DNA of 64,000 bases from Salpingoeca rosetta (lineage: Eukaryota > Protista > Choanoflagellata), in the NCBI GenBank assembly GCA_033442325.1, contig JAWQFM010000003.1, positions 767,825 through 831,824 on the forward strand. The letters run 5' to 3'. Positions 33,610 through 49,900 of the stretch are shown in pieces (the stretch's first letter is position 1; each line of letters opens with the position of its first letter). Made by a program: the position numbers and the translations under genes. The notes beneath the pieces are model-generated. The model searched no databases. It was not told the origin of the DNA and saw only the letters and a program-made list of their open reading frames with translations.

Positions 33610-34280
33610 ATGTGTGGTTGTTGTTGTTGCTGCTGCGGTTGTTGTTGTTGTTGTTGTTGCGGAACTGCGAAGCTGCTTGGTGTGGGTGGCTTGCTTGCGT
33701 GGCTGCCTGGGGTGAGGCGGTGCTGTTGTTGCTGCTGTGGCTGGGCCTGCATTGCGGCTGTTGTTGCGCTGCTGCACCGGCTTGGATGCGCAGCACTTGG
33801 GCAAGACGCTGCGTTCGCGCTGTTTGCGCTGTTGGTGTTGTTTTCGAGCTCGTTGGCAGAGCTCCCTGGCCGGGACGGGTGCTGGCGGCTCAGCGTGGGT
33901 GGCGGCGTGAATCGCTCCGTGTGCTGTGGCCAATTGGGGCTTGATGAGCGTTGGCTCAAAAGACGAAGGCCTGTCAATCAGGAGTGACATATGCGTGTGT
34001 GAGTGAGTGTTTGTGAGTGAGTGGGCAAGCGAGCGAGTAAGTACGTGAGTAAGCGAGTGAGTAAGTGAGTGAGTAAGTGAGTGAGTAAGTGAGTGAGTCA
34101 GTGAGTGAGTGGGTGCGTTTGGTAGGGACCACCACAGCGCAAGACATGGCGTTGGTACGCACTGTGTTGGGAGTCTGTTGACTTTGGCTCGGGGGACTTG
34201 ACGGCGGAGAACGTGTGTTCGCGGAAGACCTTGGGTGGTTGTGCGACGCTTTCGGTCTGCTCAGCCTTCTCAAGGTTCAT
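30943..34280 (-). CDS. Forkhead-box transcription factor, FoxN-like
   Basis: Forkhead domain at ~32640-32400: KPPLSFPCIIGMAMLDSEERQLAVGDLYRNICARFPYFNTAKKGWKNSIRHNLSLNKFFLKVE...GKGNLW. It has Q-rich flanks and an acidic C-terminal exon (~31058-30943). First exon 34280-34163 is inferred; additional upstream exons are possible. Confidence 0.88.
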
Positions 34281-34370
34281 CGTCTGTGGGATGTGTTGTC
34301 ACAGATGAGACTCTGTGAGCACCACGACAACAACCACGGTCACTGCCTCAAACACACACACACACACACG

Positions 34371-34441
<71 letters not shown>

Positions 34442-35394
34442 CAAACGATGTCGTTGATTCGGGGTCGACTGGTGTGTGTACGTGAGTGTGCAAACGACAG
34501 ACGGTCCAAATCGTGGGAGTGGCAAGGGATCACCTCAAGGTGAGACCCTAGTCAACACTATTCGAGAAGCGAGGCACCGCGTGTAGTGGTGATAGCTTCG
34601 TCGCCTGTTTGGCAGTGCAAGCGGAACAGAGTTGAGTGCGTGTGTGTGTGTGTGCGATTGTTGGTTTTGAATGTGATGTTTGTTGCTGTTGATGTTGTTG
34701 TTGTTGGACAAGGTTGAGGAGGTGTGAATGGATCATGCTGTGCGAGATGTCCGTCTGCGGTGTGCTGTTCGTTGCCCTCACACATCACACTGCCACAGCG
34801 CTTCACCTCCATCTTCACACACACACACACACACCTCTTGCTGAGAAGACGAGCGATAGAGCTGATGGGAAAATGAGCTGTTACACGCAGAGCCACACAC
34901 ACTGATGTTCAGGTGTATGTGTAGTCCAGCGCCCTTTTGCGTGCTTTGCTGGTGTGCGCTTCAGAGAGGTCGCAGCAGGAGGCGGTCGAAGGAGGCGATA
35001 TTGATGGATGGTGTGTGTCTTGCTTTTGTGGTTGAAGATGAAACCAAAAGGGTCGCGGGTGAAGTGCGGCTGTCTCGCTGCAGCGACAAAGGAAAAGCAT
35101 GGTGACATGCATGCCCTCCTCTGCTCACTGGTTGGCAACACAAGTCCTTCCGTGGTGGCAACGATGGGTGACCTTGCACGTCATGCATGCCAAGGCGAAA
35201 GTAATCGGCAAATCTTCCGCAATTTTTCGTCAACGGTGCATACGCGACGCCCAAACACCACTTGGGTGGCGAACGGCAGCACGAAAGCTGTGGGAAGTGG
35301 CGCAAAAACCAGGGTCGCGTGTGGGTAGTGGTGTGCTCGATCCTCAATCCTCGTCGCAGCGCAGCAGGACAACGAGCAACATCCACACCCTGCC

Positions 35395-36726
<1,332 letters not shown>

Positions 36727-36786
36727 GCAAAGTGAGGCAACAACAAAGAGGCCTTTGGGCAGGCGCATGGGGTTGTATGCGTGCAC

Positions 36787-38002
36787 CTTTGCTGCTTCCT
36801 CGTCTCTTGTTGGGTGGGGGTGCAGGCCGCCGCTCGTGTCAAAGCACTGTTTGTGGACCATTGGGCAGGTAGAACGCAATGCAAGCGGAAGATGAACTCG
36901 TAATACAGGTTGTGCAGCCCATCACCACTTGGAACGAGGGTCGTTGGAAAGGGACGCAGGCAAGCAGGGTCACACACTCTTTCATTAGCAAGCAACAAGC
37001 GAACACAAACGGGCGGGCGGGCAAACGAGAGAACGAGTCACCCACCAAAACCAGCCAACCAGCCAAACAGGCAAACAGGCAAACAGGTCGGTGTACGCAC
37101 CACGGATGCAGCGGCGAGGAGATCAAACATCTCAATGCCGGCGTTCGCCAGCGCCATCGACGCAGCGTTGATGACTGCAGAGAACGCTGTGCCCGTGGGC
37201 ACGTGCAGAGGGGAGGTGGTATCCAGGCAACAAGAAACATGATGTGATGGTGTGAGTTCAAATGAACCAAACGCAAACCTGTACTGCGTGGTAGCAAGCG
37301 GCCAGCACACAAACAACGTGCCGGAGCACGCAAAGCGGTCATCAATTCACCTGCGCCGTCGTCTTGCAGGACGGTCGCGTACACCTGAATGACAGACTTG
37401 GGGTACTTGCTGACGCACACGCATGGCTTCAAACTGGACTCCAACAGCTGTGACAACTCTCGTTCCAGCGCAGTCTGCATGTATGTTGAGCACACGCAGG
37501 ATCACAGATGCACAGTGAAGTGTGGTGGCGGCGCATGAGATCTCCTTGAAAGGCGCTAGCTTACCAGCCACAGCAATAAAGTCCTTCTCTTATCCTCGTC
37601 CAAACACCAGGCACACACACATGACACGTGACACACGTGACACACCTGCTTTGTTTGCTGATGCTTGACACCAGAAAAAGGACTGAACTTGACGTCACAG
37701 TCGAGGATGCACGTTTCCTGGAACCCTTGTCTTCTCGACGTTGACAGCGGCCCGTAGCTGAGCAGCATGCATCAGCAACGAACCGACAGGCACGTGAGCA
37801 CTCACGTTTCCACAAGACGTGGGGTCCCATGGCCCATTCAGCAGCGCCATGCATCAACAAAGACATCACACAGCCCATCAAAGCGCGTGCAAGCAATGCC
37901 ACACGCACGCACACACACACACACATAAGCACACACACACACACACATAAGCACACACACAAGCATACACACACAAGCATGCACGCACACGCACAAAAGC
38001 AT

Positions 38003-38076
<74 letters not shown>

Positions 38077-38293
38077 CATGCACACACGACGTGACGAACC
38101 ATGCTGCGACGACTTTTGTGTTGCCAATTTCGAAAAAGGCGGATCCCTTTGCCTGGCTCACGACGCCCACCTCTGCGAACACGCTTCGTGGCTGCGCCTT
38201 TGCCCCGTCAGCAGAGGCATCAGAGACCTCGGCAGCAGAAGCTGCCTGCGGAGGCACCACGCTGGTTGTGGGTCGCTGTTGGCGTGCAGCCAT
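36787..38293 (-). CDS. EXOSC6: Exosome RNase-PH subunit MTR3/EXOSC6-like (3' end not found)
   Basis: Motifs [56 protein letters not shown]....YPKSVIQVYATVLQDDG, INAASMALANAGIEMFDL, then exon 36846-36787 (HPHPTRDEE). The SQAKGSA and GIEMFDL signatures fit MTR3 better than RRP41. Confidence 0.8.
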
Positions 38294-38551
38294 GATTGTC
38301 ATGTGCTTCTTTGTCTTGGTTTGGTGTGAAGTTGGGACGATTTGCTGCAGTGTCAATGATTTTCGGCAAGGCACAGCACCGCTGAGGAAACTCAACAACC
38401 CAGAGCCACCAACAACGACCATCACCACCATCAACAACACCCCCCCCCCACCCACGCCCGAAAAGACAGCCAGACAAGCAAGCAAGCGACACATTCCTGT
38501 GTTGGCTTGCTGACATCCTCCCACAGGCAACACCCAGGTCGCTGTTGCACG

Positions 38552-40519
<1,968 letters not shown>

Positions 40520-40914
40520 AACGTCTCAACTGTTTAGTGCATGTGTTTGCGGTTTTTTTTGGCAGACGTGATGATCAAATCATTCATTCAGTTCTTCGAC
40601 AACACAGCAACTCGCTGCTTTGCTTTGTTGTGTCAGGTGTTATTTCATTTCAATGATGAGAAAGGTTGTTACAAACGGCCAAGCAAGACAAGAAACAGAC
40701 GCATAGACATAGACACGGGCACAAAACACACACACACACACACAATAGAAGCATGTCATTGACTACAAGACAGAAGGAAAAACGGGGGAAGAAATCACTC
40801 AACCAACCAAAGCCAACAAGCCACCAACACCGTTCTTTGCTGTGATAACCAACCGGCCACAATGTCTCTCACACACTCTCTGCGCATATCACTGTCTCTC
40901 ACGCACACACGCAC

Positions 40915-40958
<44 letters not shown>

Positions 40959-40963
40959 AAGCA

Positions 40964-43900
40964 CTAGTTTTCGAGGCTCATGAGAAGAGCGGTGCCGCGC
41001 TTGATCCAGTGCTCAGCCGACCTGTCGCCGGATTTGAGGTCCACAGCAATCACAAACGACCATGCAGAGGCGCCGCCCTCACCGGCACGGTTCGGGTAGT
41101 AGTAGCAAGGACACGCATACACGTTCTTCTTTGTGGCCTTCTTCTCCACAGGCTTGAAGTGGATGGTGGGCATGGAGCACACCAGCTGCATCGGCGCAGC
41201 CTCCTCCAGGCACGCGCGCTTCTTGTCCCACCCTGCACCTTCCAGGAACAGGCCCTTGATGTACACGCCATCCTTGGGCTGCTCCACAATGTTCACATCA
41301 TCCAGCGTCATCACAGGGAACTCCCACGAGAGCGTGTCAACGGACACGGCGTTGTTGCGCGCGGCGTTCTGCAGCACAGCCGTCAGGAAGCCCGTGGGGA
41401 ACGTGAACGCAGACATCCAGTAGATGAGCGGCTGTCGCCCCGTGACCGCCCACTGCCGGAAAAAGTCCACGCGCTGGATGAGGTCGCGCATCCACCCGGC
41501 CAGCGGCTTCTGCGACGGATACGTCTTCTTCCACACCGGCGGCACCTGCCCGTTGAAGATGAACGTGAGAATCTCCTCCAGATCGGAGCTCATCACCACC
41601 AGGCCCTGGATGCCCTTGCGCAGCGCAATCAGGTGCCGCTCCATCAGCGACAGCAGCGCGTTGTACCGCGCAATCTCCTGCAGCAGCACCACGTTGAGCG
41701 GGTTGGGCTCCACAGCCAGCAGCTTGGCGGTCGCGTCGTAGTCAATCTTCTCCGGCAGCCGCTCAAGCATGTCCTGCGCCAGCTCAAGCACCACGTCCTC
41801 CCGGCTGCCGCCCTTCTCCGTCGTCACCGCGGGCTGCAGCGCCACCAGCGTGTCCAACAGCGTGCGCGCCTCCCGAATCATGCTGGAAATGTCCGCGTTG
41901 GCGTTCTGCCCAAAGGCGGACGGCGGGTCCGAGTTGGGCAGTGACGCAACGTAGTCCTTGTACGACTGCAGGCTGCCGTCGGTGGGCACATAGAACAGGT
42001 CGGACGACGACACGCGGAAGTGCTCCACGTTCAGCGCGTCCTCGCAGAAGAGCTCGTTGATGTAGGTGAGTAGCAGCCGGCGATCCCAGTCGTCCGTCAC
42101 GTGCCCGCCGTAGTTGATGCCGGCAATCAGGTACTTGAGCGCATCCCACGGCGTCTCCTGGTACTCGTCCAGGAACAGGCCGAGCAGGTTCTCAGACACC
42201 TCGTAGTCGGAGTCGTTGAAGGGGTACTGCACGTTCCATCCAAGCATCTGGAACTTGCGCCGCTCCAGCAGCACGCTGTGGAAAAAGGTCAGGCAGAACA
42301 TGAGCTTCTTGTACTTGGTCACCGCACCCACGCGCTCAAACTGGTCCTCCGTCAGCGTCGTGTACAGGCGCTTCATGTTGGCCTTGATGCCCTTGGGCGG
42401 CTCCGTCGTCATCTTGATGCCGGCCTGCAGGATGGAGATGGGGAACTGCGGGTTGGGCTTGGAGCTGAGCCACAGCCGGAAGTCCGGGTGCGGCTTGTTC
42501 ACCTCCAGCATCTCCACAATCTTGCTCAGCGACGGCATCCAGCTCAGCGAGAGATGGCAGTTGGCCAGGAACACCCAGTGCCCGTGCTTCGTGCCCTCCC
42601 GCAGCAGCCGCTCAGCGATGGGCGCCTGCCCCTGCCCGAGCGACAGCGTGTGGAAGCGCTCCGTCATGTTGCACCGGTCCGCCAGGTCCATCAGCTGCTT
42701 CGTCGGATCCACGCCCACGGAGAGCACGAAGATGAGCGGCGTCTGTGGCCGCGAGTCCGACAGCACCGCACGCATGTCCAGCGGCGGCGGCTCCACAAAC
42801 CGCTGCCCGAGGTTGTTCACAATAAAGTTGGTCGCCACCACAGACACGCGGTCCGGCCGCAGCGAGCGCACAATTGCCATGCGCTGCAGCTCGTTGCACG
42901 CGTTCTCCCACTCGCCAGGCAGGGTGGCGGCCTCCGGTTCGGGTGACACGTACCACGTGTGCCAGTCCCGAAGCATCTGCTCAAAGGAGGCGGCCAGCCC
43001 CGTGAACTTGGGCAGCAGGCGCTCCATCTCCGTGATGTTGTCCCACGCCTCGGAGCTGATCCACGACGGCGCCGGGTTTGGCATCTGCGCATCGCGGTCC
43101 AGCACCTGCCCGCCGCGCAGGAAGAAGTTGTACTCGTTCATCTGGATCTTGTTGGCGCGCTCCAGAATCTTCGAGTTCATGTGGAAGGCAAAGAGCAGCT
43201 TGTGCTTCTCAAACAGCCCGCGGCACGTGTACCGGTACACGGCGTACGTGTGGTAGTCGTTGATGCTCTCGATGCGCTGCTCCAAGCCGGCCGCCTTGGA
43301 GCTGCTGTCAATGCTCTTCACAAACAGGTTGATGTATGCCGCGAGCGAGAACTGGTACATGGGGTCGATGGACGCAATGTCGTTCATCACAAAGAACAGG
43401 ATGGACGCCCGCTCCGCGCAGGCGCGGTAGCCCTCGCGCGCCTCGTCAATCTCCGCCTCCGTGCGCTCCGCCACCACCAGCTGCTCGCCCACCTCCACAG
43501 AGGTCACCTTGGACGAGTTGAGCGTGTTGACGAGCTCCTCGTCGTCAAGCAGCGAGCCCTTGGCCGTGCTCAGCAGGTGCAGGATGCGGTCCTCCAGCTC
43601 CACCAGCTTCTTCTTGCCAGACGCAATCTTCGTCACCAGCTCGTTCTTCTGCTCCTCAAGCTCCGGCCGCTCCTTGCTCACCACGATGCCCAGCAGCTGC
43701 GCCTCCAAACCCTCCTCAACCACGGCAAAGTTGACAATGGTCGTCTTTGTGGACGTCTCCGGCGTGTAGTGCGGGTTGGCCATCTTGGTCGTGATGTAGA
43801 AGCGGAAGTCCGGATTGTACTCAATCTCCTTGTCACCGAGCCGCAGCATGAGGCGCCCGCCCACCTTGGTGAACGCCTTGTTCAGGATTGGCCCAAGTGA

Positions 43901-46900
43901 GGGATCCAGCTCCTCCCCGACGTTCTGCATCAGCACGGGCGTGCCAAACTGGATGGCGTTCTCAAGCGTGCGGATGTAGTCCGGCATCTGCAAGTCCACC
44001 ACCTTCAGCCCGTGCTCGCGCTCCATGTTCTTGATCCACTTGATGGCCTGGCCCTGCGGGTCAATCATCAGCGGCCAGCGCCGCCCGCGCGTCACAATCA
44101 CGCCGTTCTCCGTGGAAAAGCGGTCCGAGGGCAGGCCCTGGATGTTCCAGAAGCGCACGTCCGTGGGCTTGGCCAGGAACCGCGCCATGTCAAAGTTGGG
44201 GTCGCACGGGATCTCGCAGCTGCGCACGTGGCGCAGCCACCGCTGCACCACGCTGTCTCGGTACGTGGAGGTGAACGGTCCCAGGTACGACAGGAAGCCC
44301 GCGGCGAGCAGGCAGTCGCCAACGAGGTAGCCCATGCTCACGCGCAGCTCCGCCACGCTCTGCTCCCAGCGCGAGCGCTCGCCGGCCAAGCCCGTCACCA
44401 GCTTGGCCGCGCGGTCCAGCTTGAGCGCCGTCACGCGGCTCTTCTCCGCCAGCTCCTGCTGCTGCTTGAGCTTGGCCTCGTAGTTGCGCTGAAGCTCCTC
44501 CACCTTCTCCGTGACCTCCTTCAGTTTGCGCTGCGCATCGGCAAGCGACTTTTGCTTGGCGGCAAGCGCGTCCTGTGTCTTCTTCAGCGCGAGCCGCTTG
44601 GGCTCCACCACCTTGAAGATGCGCCCGTACACGTCCATGGCCCGCACCCACATGCACAGCGACTTTGCCGCGTTGGACACGCGCCCAACCTGGTCCGGGT
44701 CAAACTCCGGGCGCGTCACGTAGCTGTGGATCTTCCGCAACACCTTGTCCGACATGTTGTCCTTGTCAAACTCCACCAGCTGCTTGATGAAGTTGGGGTC
44801 GGCCAGTTGCCGCTTCGCCTCCGACCACTCCGGCTTGGACTTGCGCAGCACCATCACCGCCTCCATGACCATGGCAACCAGGTCTGGCGGCTTGGTGTAC
44901 GCCTTGATCTCGCTGATGTCGTTCTTGTTCAGCGACTTGAGCGCGTCCATGGCCGCCTGCAGCGCCGGCAGGGCCTCCTTCAGGTCTGCCTCGGCGTCCG
45001 CCGCAAGCTTCTCGCACTCCTGCGCCTCAATGCCAATCTTCTCCGAGCGCGCGCTCACGGCCTTCTGTTGGTCGTCCGCGTCGCGCTTCTGCTGCACGAT
45101 GATGACCAGGTAGTCATCGCACTCGCGCTGGAACTGCGCCACCTGCTTCTTCGTCTCCTCCAGCTCCACGCTCATCACCTCCACCTTCTCCCGCGTCTCG
45201 TCAATCTTGTCCAGGCCGTTGATCAGCTTGTCCGCGGCGTCGCCAAGCTCCTTGCGCTTCTCAGCCAGCAGAAGCCTGTAGCCCGTCACGAGCTCCAGGT
45301 AGTTGGTCGGGGTCACGTAGTTGTGCCGCTTGACCTCGTCCAGCATCTGCTGCGACGCCGTGAGCACGGACTGCTGGATCACGGCAAACGTCGACAGCAC
45401 CGCCGACCGCAGCCGCTCCGCCCAGTGGCTGCCCTTTTTCAGGCTGGCGTCGTCGTCCTTTGCGTCGCCGGCATCGGAGCCGTGGCCCGGCAGCCCGCCA
45501 CCAACGCTGTCGGCCGCATCGTCGCCGTCGCCGCCGCCGGCATTGCCACCCAGCACGGCCGCAGACATGCCCTTGGTCAGGTCCACGTCCGACATGAACC
45601 GGTCCGCGACGGCAAGCAGCGCGTCCTGCGGCCACGCGGAGAAGTAGTCGATGGTCGTGCAGTTGACCAGGCCAGGGTACATGCGCAGCCGGTTGCGGAA
45701 GGCCTCGCCGACGGGGCTCATGCACAGCACAACGTGCAGGTTGTTGCGTACGCGCTCGATGAAGAACTTGGTGAGGGACGAGGGCGTGTCCTCGACAGCG
45801 GCCTTCTTCGCCTCTGGCCGAAGATCGGAGAACACCTCCTCCATCTCCTCCGCCGGGAACAGGTTTGGCACCTCGCCCGAGCTGAGGATGTTGTTGATGT
45901 CCTCCAAAAAGTCCTCCAGCACAATCTGCGTGTCCACAAACAAGAACGTGGTGGGCTTGTTCTCCACGCCGGCCTGGCGGTACAGCGCCTTGAGGTCCTC
46001 CCTGAACTCTGTCATGCGGTACTGGCGCGTCACCTCAATCTGGAACGTCTTGTGCTCCAGCACAAACGCCGCCAGCCGGGTGAGCGACTGCCGCCCGCTG
46101 CCGCCAACGCCAATCAGCATCATGTTGCCGCGCTGCATGCGAATGACGCGCACAATGCGCGCCACGTGCTGCACCGCGTCGCGGAACAGCACCAGGTCCA
46201 TGGGCACGTGCCCGGAGGCGTTGTAGTCCTCCAGCTTCTCCTCCAGCACCGTCTTCAGTTTGTCGTGCTCGCGCACGTCCTCGTACACGGGGTCCTGGCC
46301 CTCGCGCATGAAGTCCGCAAACACGGGCACCTCGCGCCCAGGGCACAGCGTGGACAGCGACACGTCAAACACCTCGTGCAGCTTCTCCTCCACCAGCTTG
46401 GTGAACTCCACCTGGTCGCGCTCCGTGACAAGGCGGTCGCAGAAGACGCGGAAGCACTCGTGCACCCACAGGCGCGTGATGGCGTCCTTGGTGTCGTGGA
46501 AGTCCTTGTGCGCGCGCAGCATGCCCTGGAAGACCTTGGAGATGTCGCGCAGGTTGAAGAGGTAGTGGATCTTCGTGGGCGTGGGCAGCATGCGCGTGGA
46601 CATGTAGTTGTACACGTGGATGGTGGCCTCCGTGACCATGTTGCCCACGGGCTTGCACCCCTCATCAAAGTCCTGCAGCTTGAGGTTGATCATGGTACCG
46701 AAGATGCGCTTGATCTGCGAGTCTGTGGGGAAGGTCATGTTGAGCAGGTTGAACCGCGCCTGCAGGCGCCGCGAGATGATGGAGCGGCCGCCACCAGGAG
46801 GACCCATGGCCGCCACAATGCGCATGTCGCGGATGTGCTTGATGACCTGCTTCTCCCGGTCGTACACAAAGCCGTACTCCATCCACTGCCGGAGCAGCTC

Positions 46901-49900
46901 CAGCGGCGGCTGCGACCCAAACGTGTCCTTGGCCGGCATGTTGAGGTCATCCAGGAAGGTGAGCAGCTGCTTGCCGCCGAGCGGCACAAACACGCCCTTG
47001 GTGCGCTTCTCCACCTGCCCCTCGATAATCTCCTGCACGTTATTGCTCGACGTCTTGGAGGACATGTTGATGGTGAGGAGGTTGAACGTGGCCGGGTCCA
47101 GCTTGCGCATAACCATCTCCACAACCGAGGTCTTGCCCGTGCCCACGGGGCCCACCATCAGCGTCGGCTGCTTCGCGTCGATGAGCGTGCGCACCAGGTA
47201 CTGGTACCGCACCGTGTCCACCGTCGGCACGTGGATGCGGTGGAAGGGCGTGTCGGGGCTGTAGCGCCAGTTGGACCGCAGCTCCGTGTCCCAGTGCGCC
47301 CACGAGCCGTTCTTCACGTCAACAAAGTACTCGTACACCGTGTCCCTGCTCGGGAACTGGCCCTCCAGCTCGCGCAGGTAGTTGTCCACCAGCTTGCGCC
47401 CTTGCTCGTTCACGCCCGCACACACGGACCACACCAGGCTGAAGAGGAACCACTGCCCGACAATGCGCTCGCGCTCCTGCGACTGCTCCATGGCCTTGGT
47501 GCCGACGCCGCCTGCGCCGGCGTCGGTTGGCTGTACCCCGTTGCCCGGGGTGAGCAGCGCGGAGAGCAGGCAGCACAGAGACTTGACGCGGTTCAGCTGC
47601 GATGTTGGCACGAGCTCCACGCACTGCGCGTCCACAAACGTGAGCATCTTGTCCACAAACTTGTCAAAGAGGTCACGCAGGACGGGGACGAGCCCCTTGT
47701 CGGGGAAGGCGTCCAGCCACGACGCAACAAACGGCTGCCAGCCAAGGTCACGCGTGTCGTGGTACACCATGCCGCAGCGGGACACGGTAGCTGGGGAGGC
47801 CACGGCAAGGTCCTCCACCTCAAACAGCAAGGAAACCTGCGACGGCATGGAGATGCGCTCGCCGTTGATGAGCGTGAGGATCTTGTTGTCGTCCATGACT
47901 GAGTTCATGCTCTCAATCCACAACGTGTCGACGGGGCCGTCGAAGACAATCCACTTCTGGTCCGAGCGGTCGTCCGAGCACGTTGTGCGCATGACCGAAG
48001 ACAGCACGCCGTCCGCCCACTCGTTGGTGGCGATGTTGAACTCGCCATAGAGCTCTGCCAGGGACAGCGCCTTTGGGTTGAGCGGGTAGTCGCGCACCAC
48101 CTCAAACCCGGGCACGTTGTCCTTCTTACACTGCGACATGGCGCGCTGCAGCGTGCGCCAGGCCACGCTCTTGCCGCTGCCCGTGTGGCCAACGATCATG
48201 ACGGCGTGGCGCGAGTTCTTCGTCTCGTACAGCTGGATGACCTTGGTCACCATCCAGTCTGTTGTCTGGTACCCGTTTGCCTTGAGGTCCTGCACAATGG
48301 CCTCCTTGAACTTGCCGTAGTCCTCCTCGTGCGTCTCCACGCCGGGGAACAGATCGGCCATCATGCCCTGCAGCAGCGGCAGATCCGTGTTGGTCATCTT
48401 GGCCACGTTCATGTCCTTCATTGCCATGAGCAGGACCTCCTCGTGGGCAATGTCCGGCATGGCCTGGCGCTTGCGACCGGCGTACAGCAGCGTCGACACG
48501 AGCGCGCGCAGCCCAAAGTCATAGTGGTCCTGCTTGCTCAGCTGCTGCACCGCCAGCTTGTACAGCGTGTCTGCCTTCTTGGCCAGCACGCGCGTGTTGC
48601 TAAAGCCCTGCCCAAAGAGGATAATTTCTGCAATCAGGCCCGTGTCCGGCTTCATCATGGAGATGGGCCGGAACATGGACTTGAGGTTGTCTGGCAGCTC
48701 CGTGCGCCCGGCGTAGCCGGGGTTCATGGTGATGAAGACGCCGCAGGACCACCGCAGGTTGATCTCCGTGCCTTCAAAGATGAAGCGGCGCTGCGGGTTG
48801 TCCGGTGACAGCGGGATCTGCGCCTGCAGGATGGACAGAATCTGCTGTGCCACTACAGACAGCACTTCGATGTTGATGCGGTTGAACTCGTCAAAGCAGC
48901 CCCACGCGCCTGTCTGCGCCAGACCCGAGAACATCCCGCCAAGGCTCTTGTAGTCCATGCCATCAGAGCCTGCGCACGGCGTGTGTGATTGTGAGTGATT
49001 GTGAGTGAGTGAGTAAGAGTGATTGTGAGTGAGTAAGAGTGAGTAAGAGTGAGTGAGTGTGAAGTGCGAGAGAGAGAGAGAGAGTGTGTGTGTATATGTG
49101 TGTGAAGTGAGCGAGTAATAAGAGTGAGTGAGTGAGTGAGTGTGAGTGTGAAGTGAGCGGGAGAGTGTCTTCAATTAAATAAGTGCGTGTGGAAGTGTGA
49201 GGTGAGGAACAGTAGCAGAGGACGAGCGCGAGAACAGAAAAAGGCACACGCTTCTATTCGCACGCCACCACGTGCACTGCCACGTGGGCCTCGAAGAGCA
49301 CAAGTACTCACACTGCAACGACACAACACAAGGCGATGAAGAAGATGGTACGAGTGTGAGTCATGTGTCATTCACCTCCATGACATGAGCAAACCGCACC
49401 ATAAAAGCAGTGCAAACCGCAACATTAAATACCCATGGGCACACAGACAGGCAGACACAAACAAACAAACAAACAAATAAACAAACAAACAAACAAACAA
49501 ATAAACAAACAAACAAACAAACAAACAAACAAATAAACAAACAAACAAACAAAACAAAACAAACAACCAAACAAAACAAACAAACAAACAAATAAACAAA
49601 CATAGCACACTTACGTTGACGATGATGACGTAGTCACCGAGGGCTTTGCCAAGATCTTTGCACGTCTCTGTCTTGCCGGTACCTGCTGGCCCCTTGGGGC
49701 TGCCACCGCGCTTGAGATGCAGCGCCGTTGTCAGCGTCATGTAGCAGCGGTCTGTCAGCGGCGTGATGACAAGACGCCCAGAGTTGCCCAGATACTCGTA
49801 GCCATAGGTGAAGCGCGTATTTGTCTGCCGAATCACGCACTCGCCTACAGTGGCTGCATCCGAGCCGCTGGTGCCACCAATGCCACCAACACCTTTGCCC

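Noticed and set aside
49608-49614. Alternative donor AACGTAA|GTGTGC restoring the dynein frame without a micro-exon
   Set aside because: It is formally possible but bypasses a perfect GTAAGT donor, replaces the conserved Cys and inserts a residue (NVSSD). It is less parsimonious than the 1-nt exon.
48970-49614. Dynein as a pseudogene or two separate genes
   Set aside because: Both halves are fully intact over thousands of codons, and splicing explains the break.
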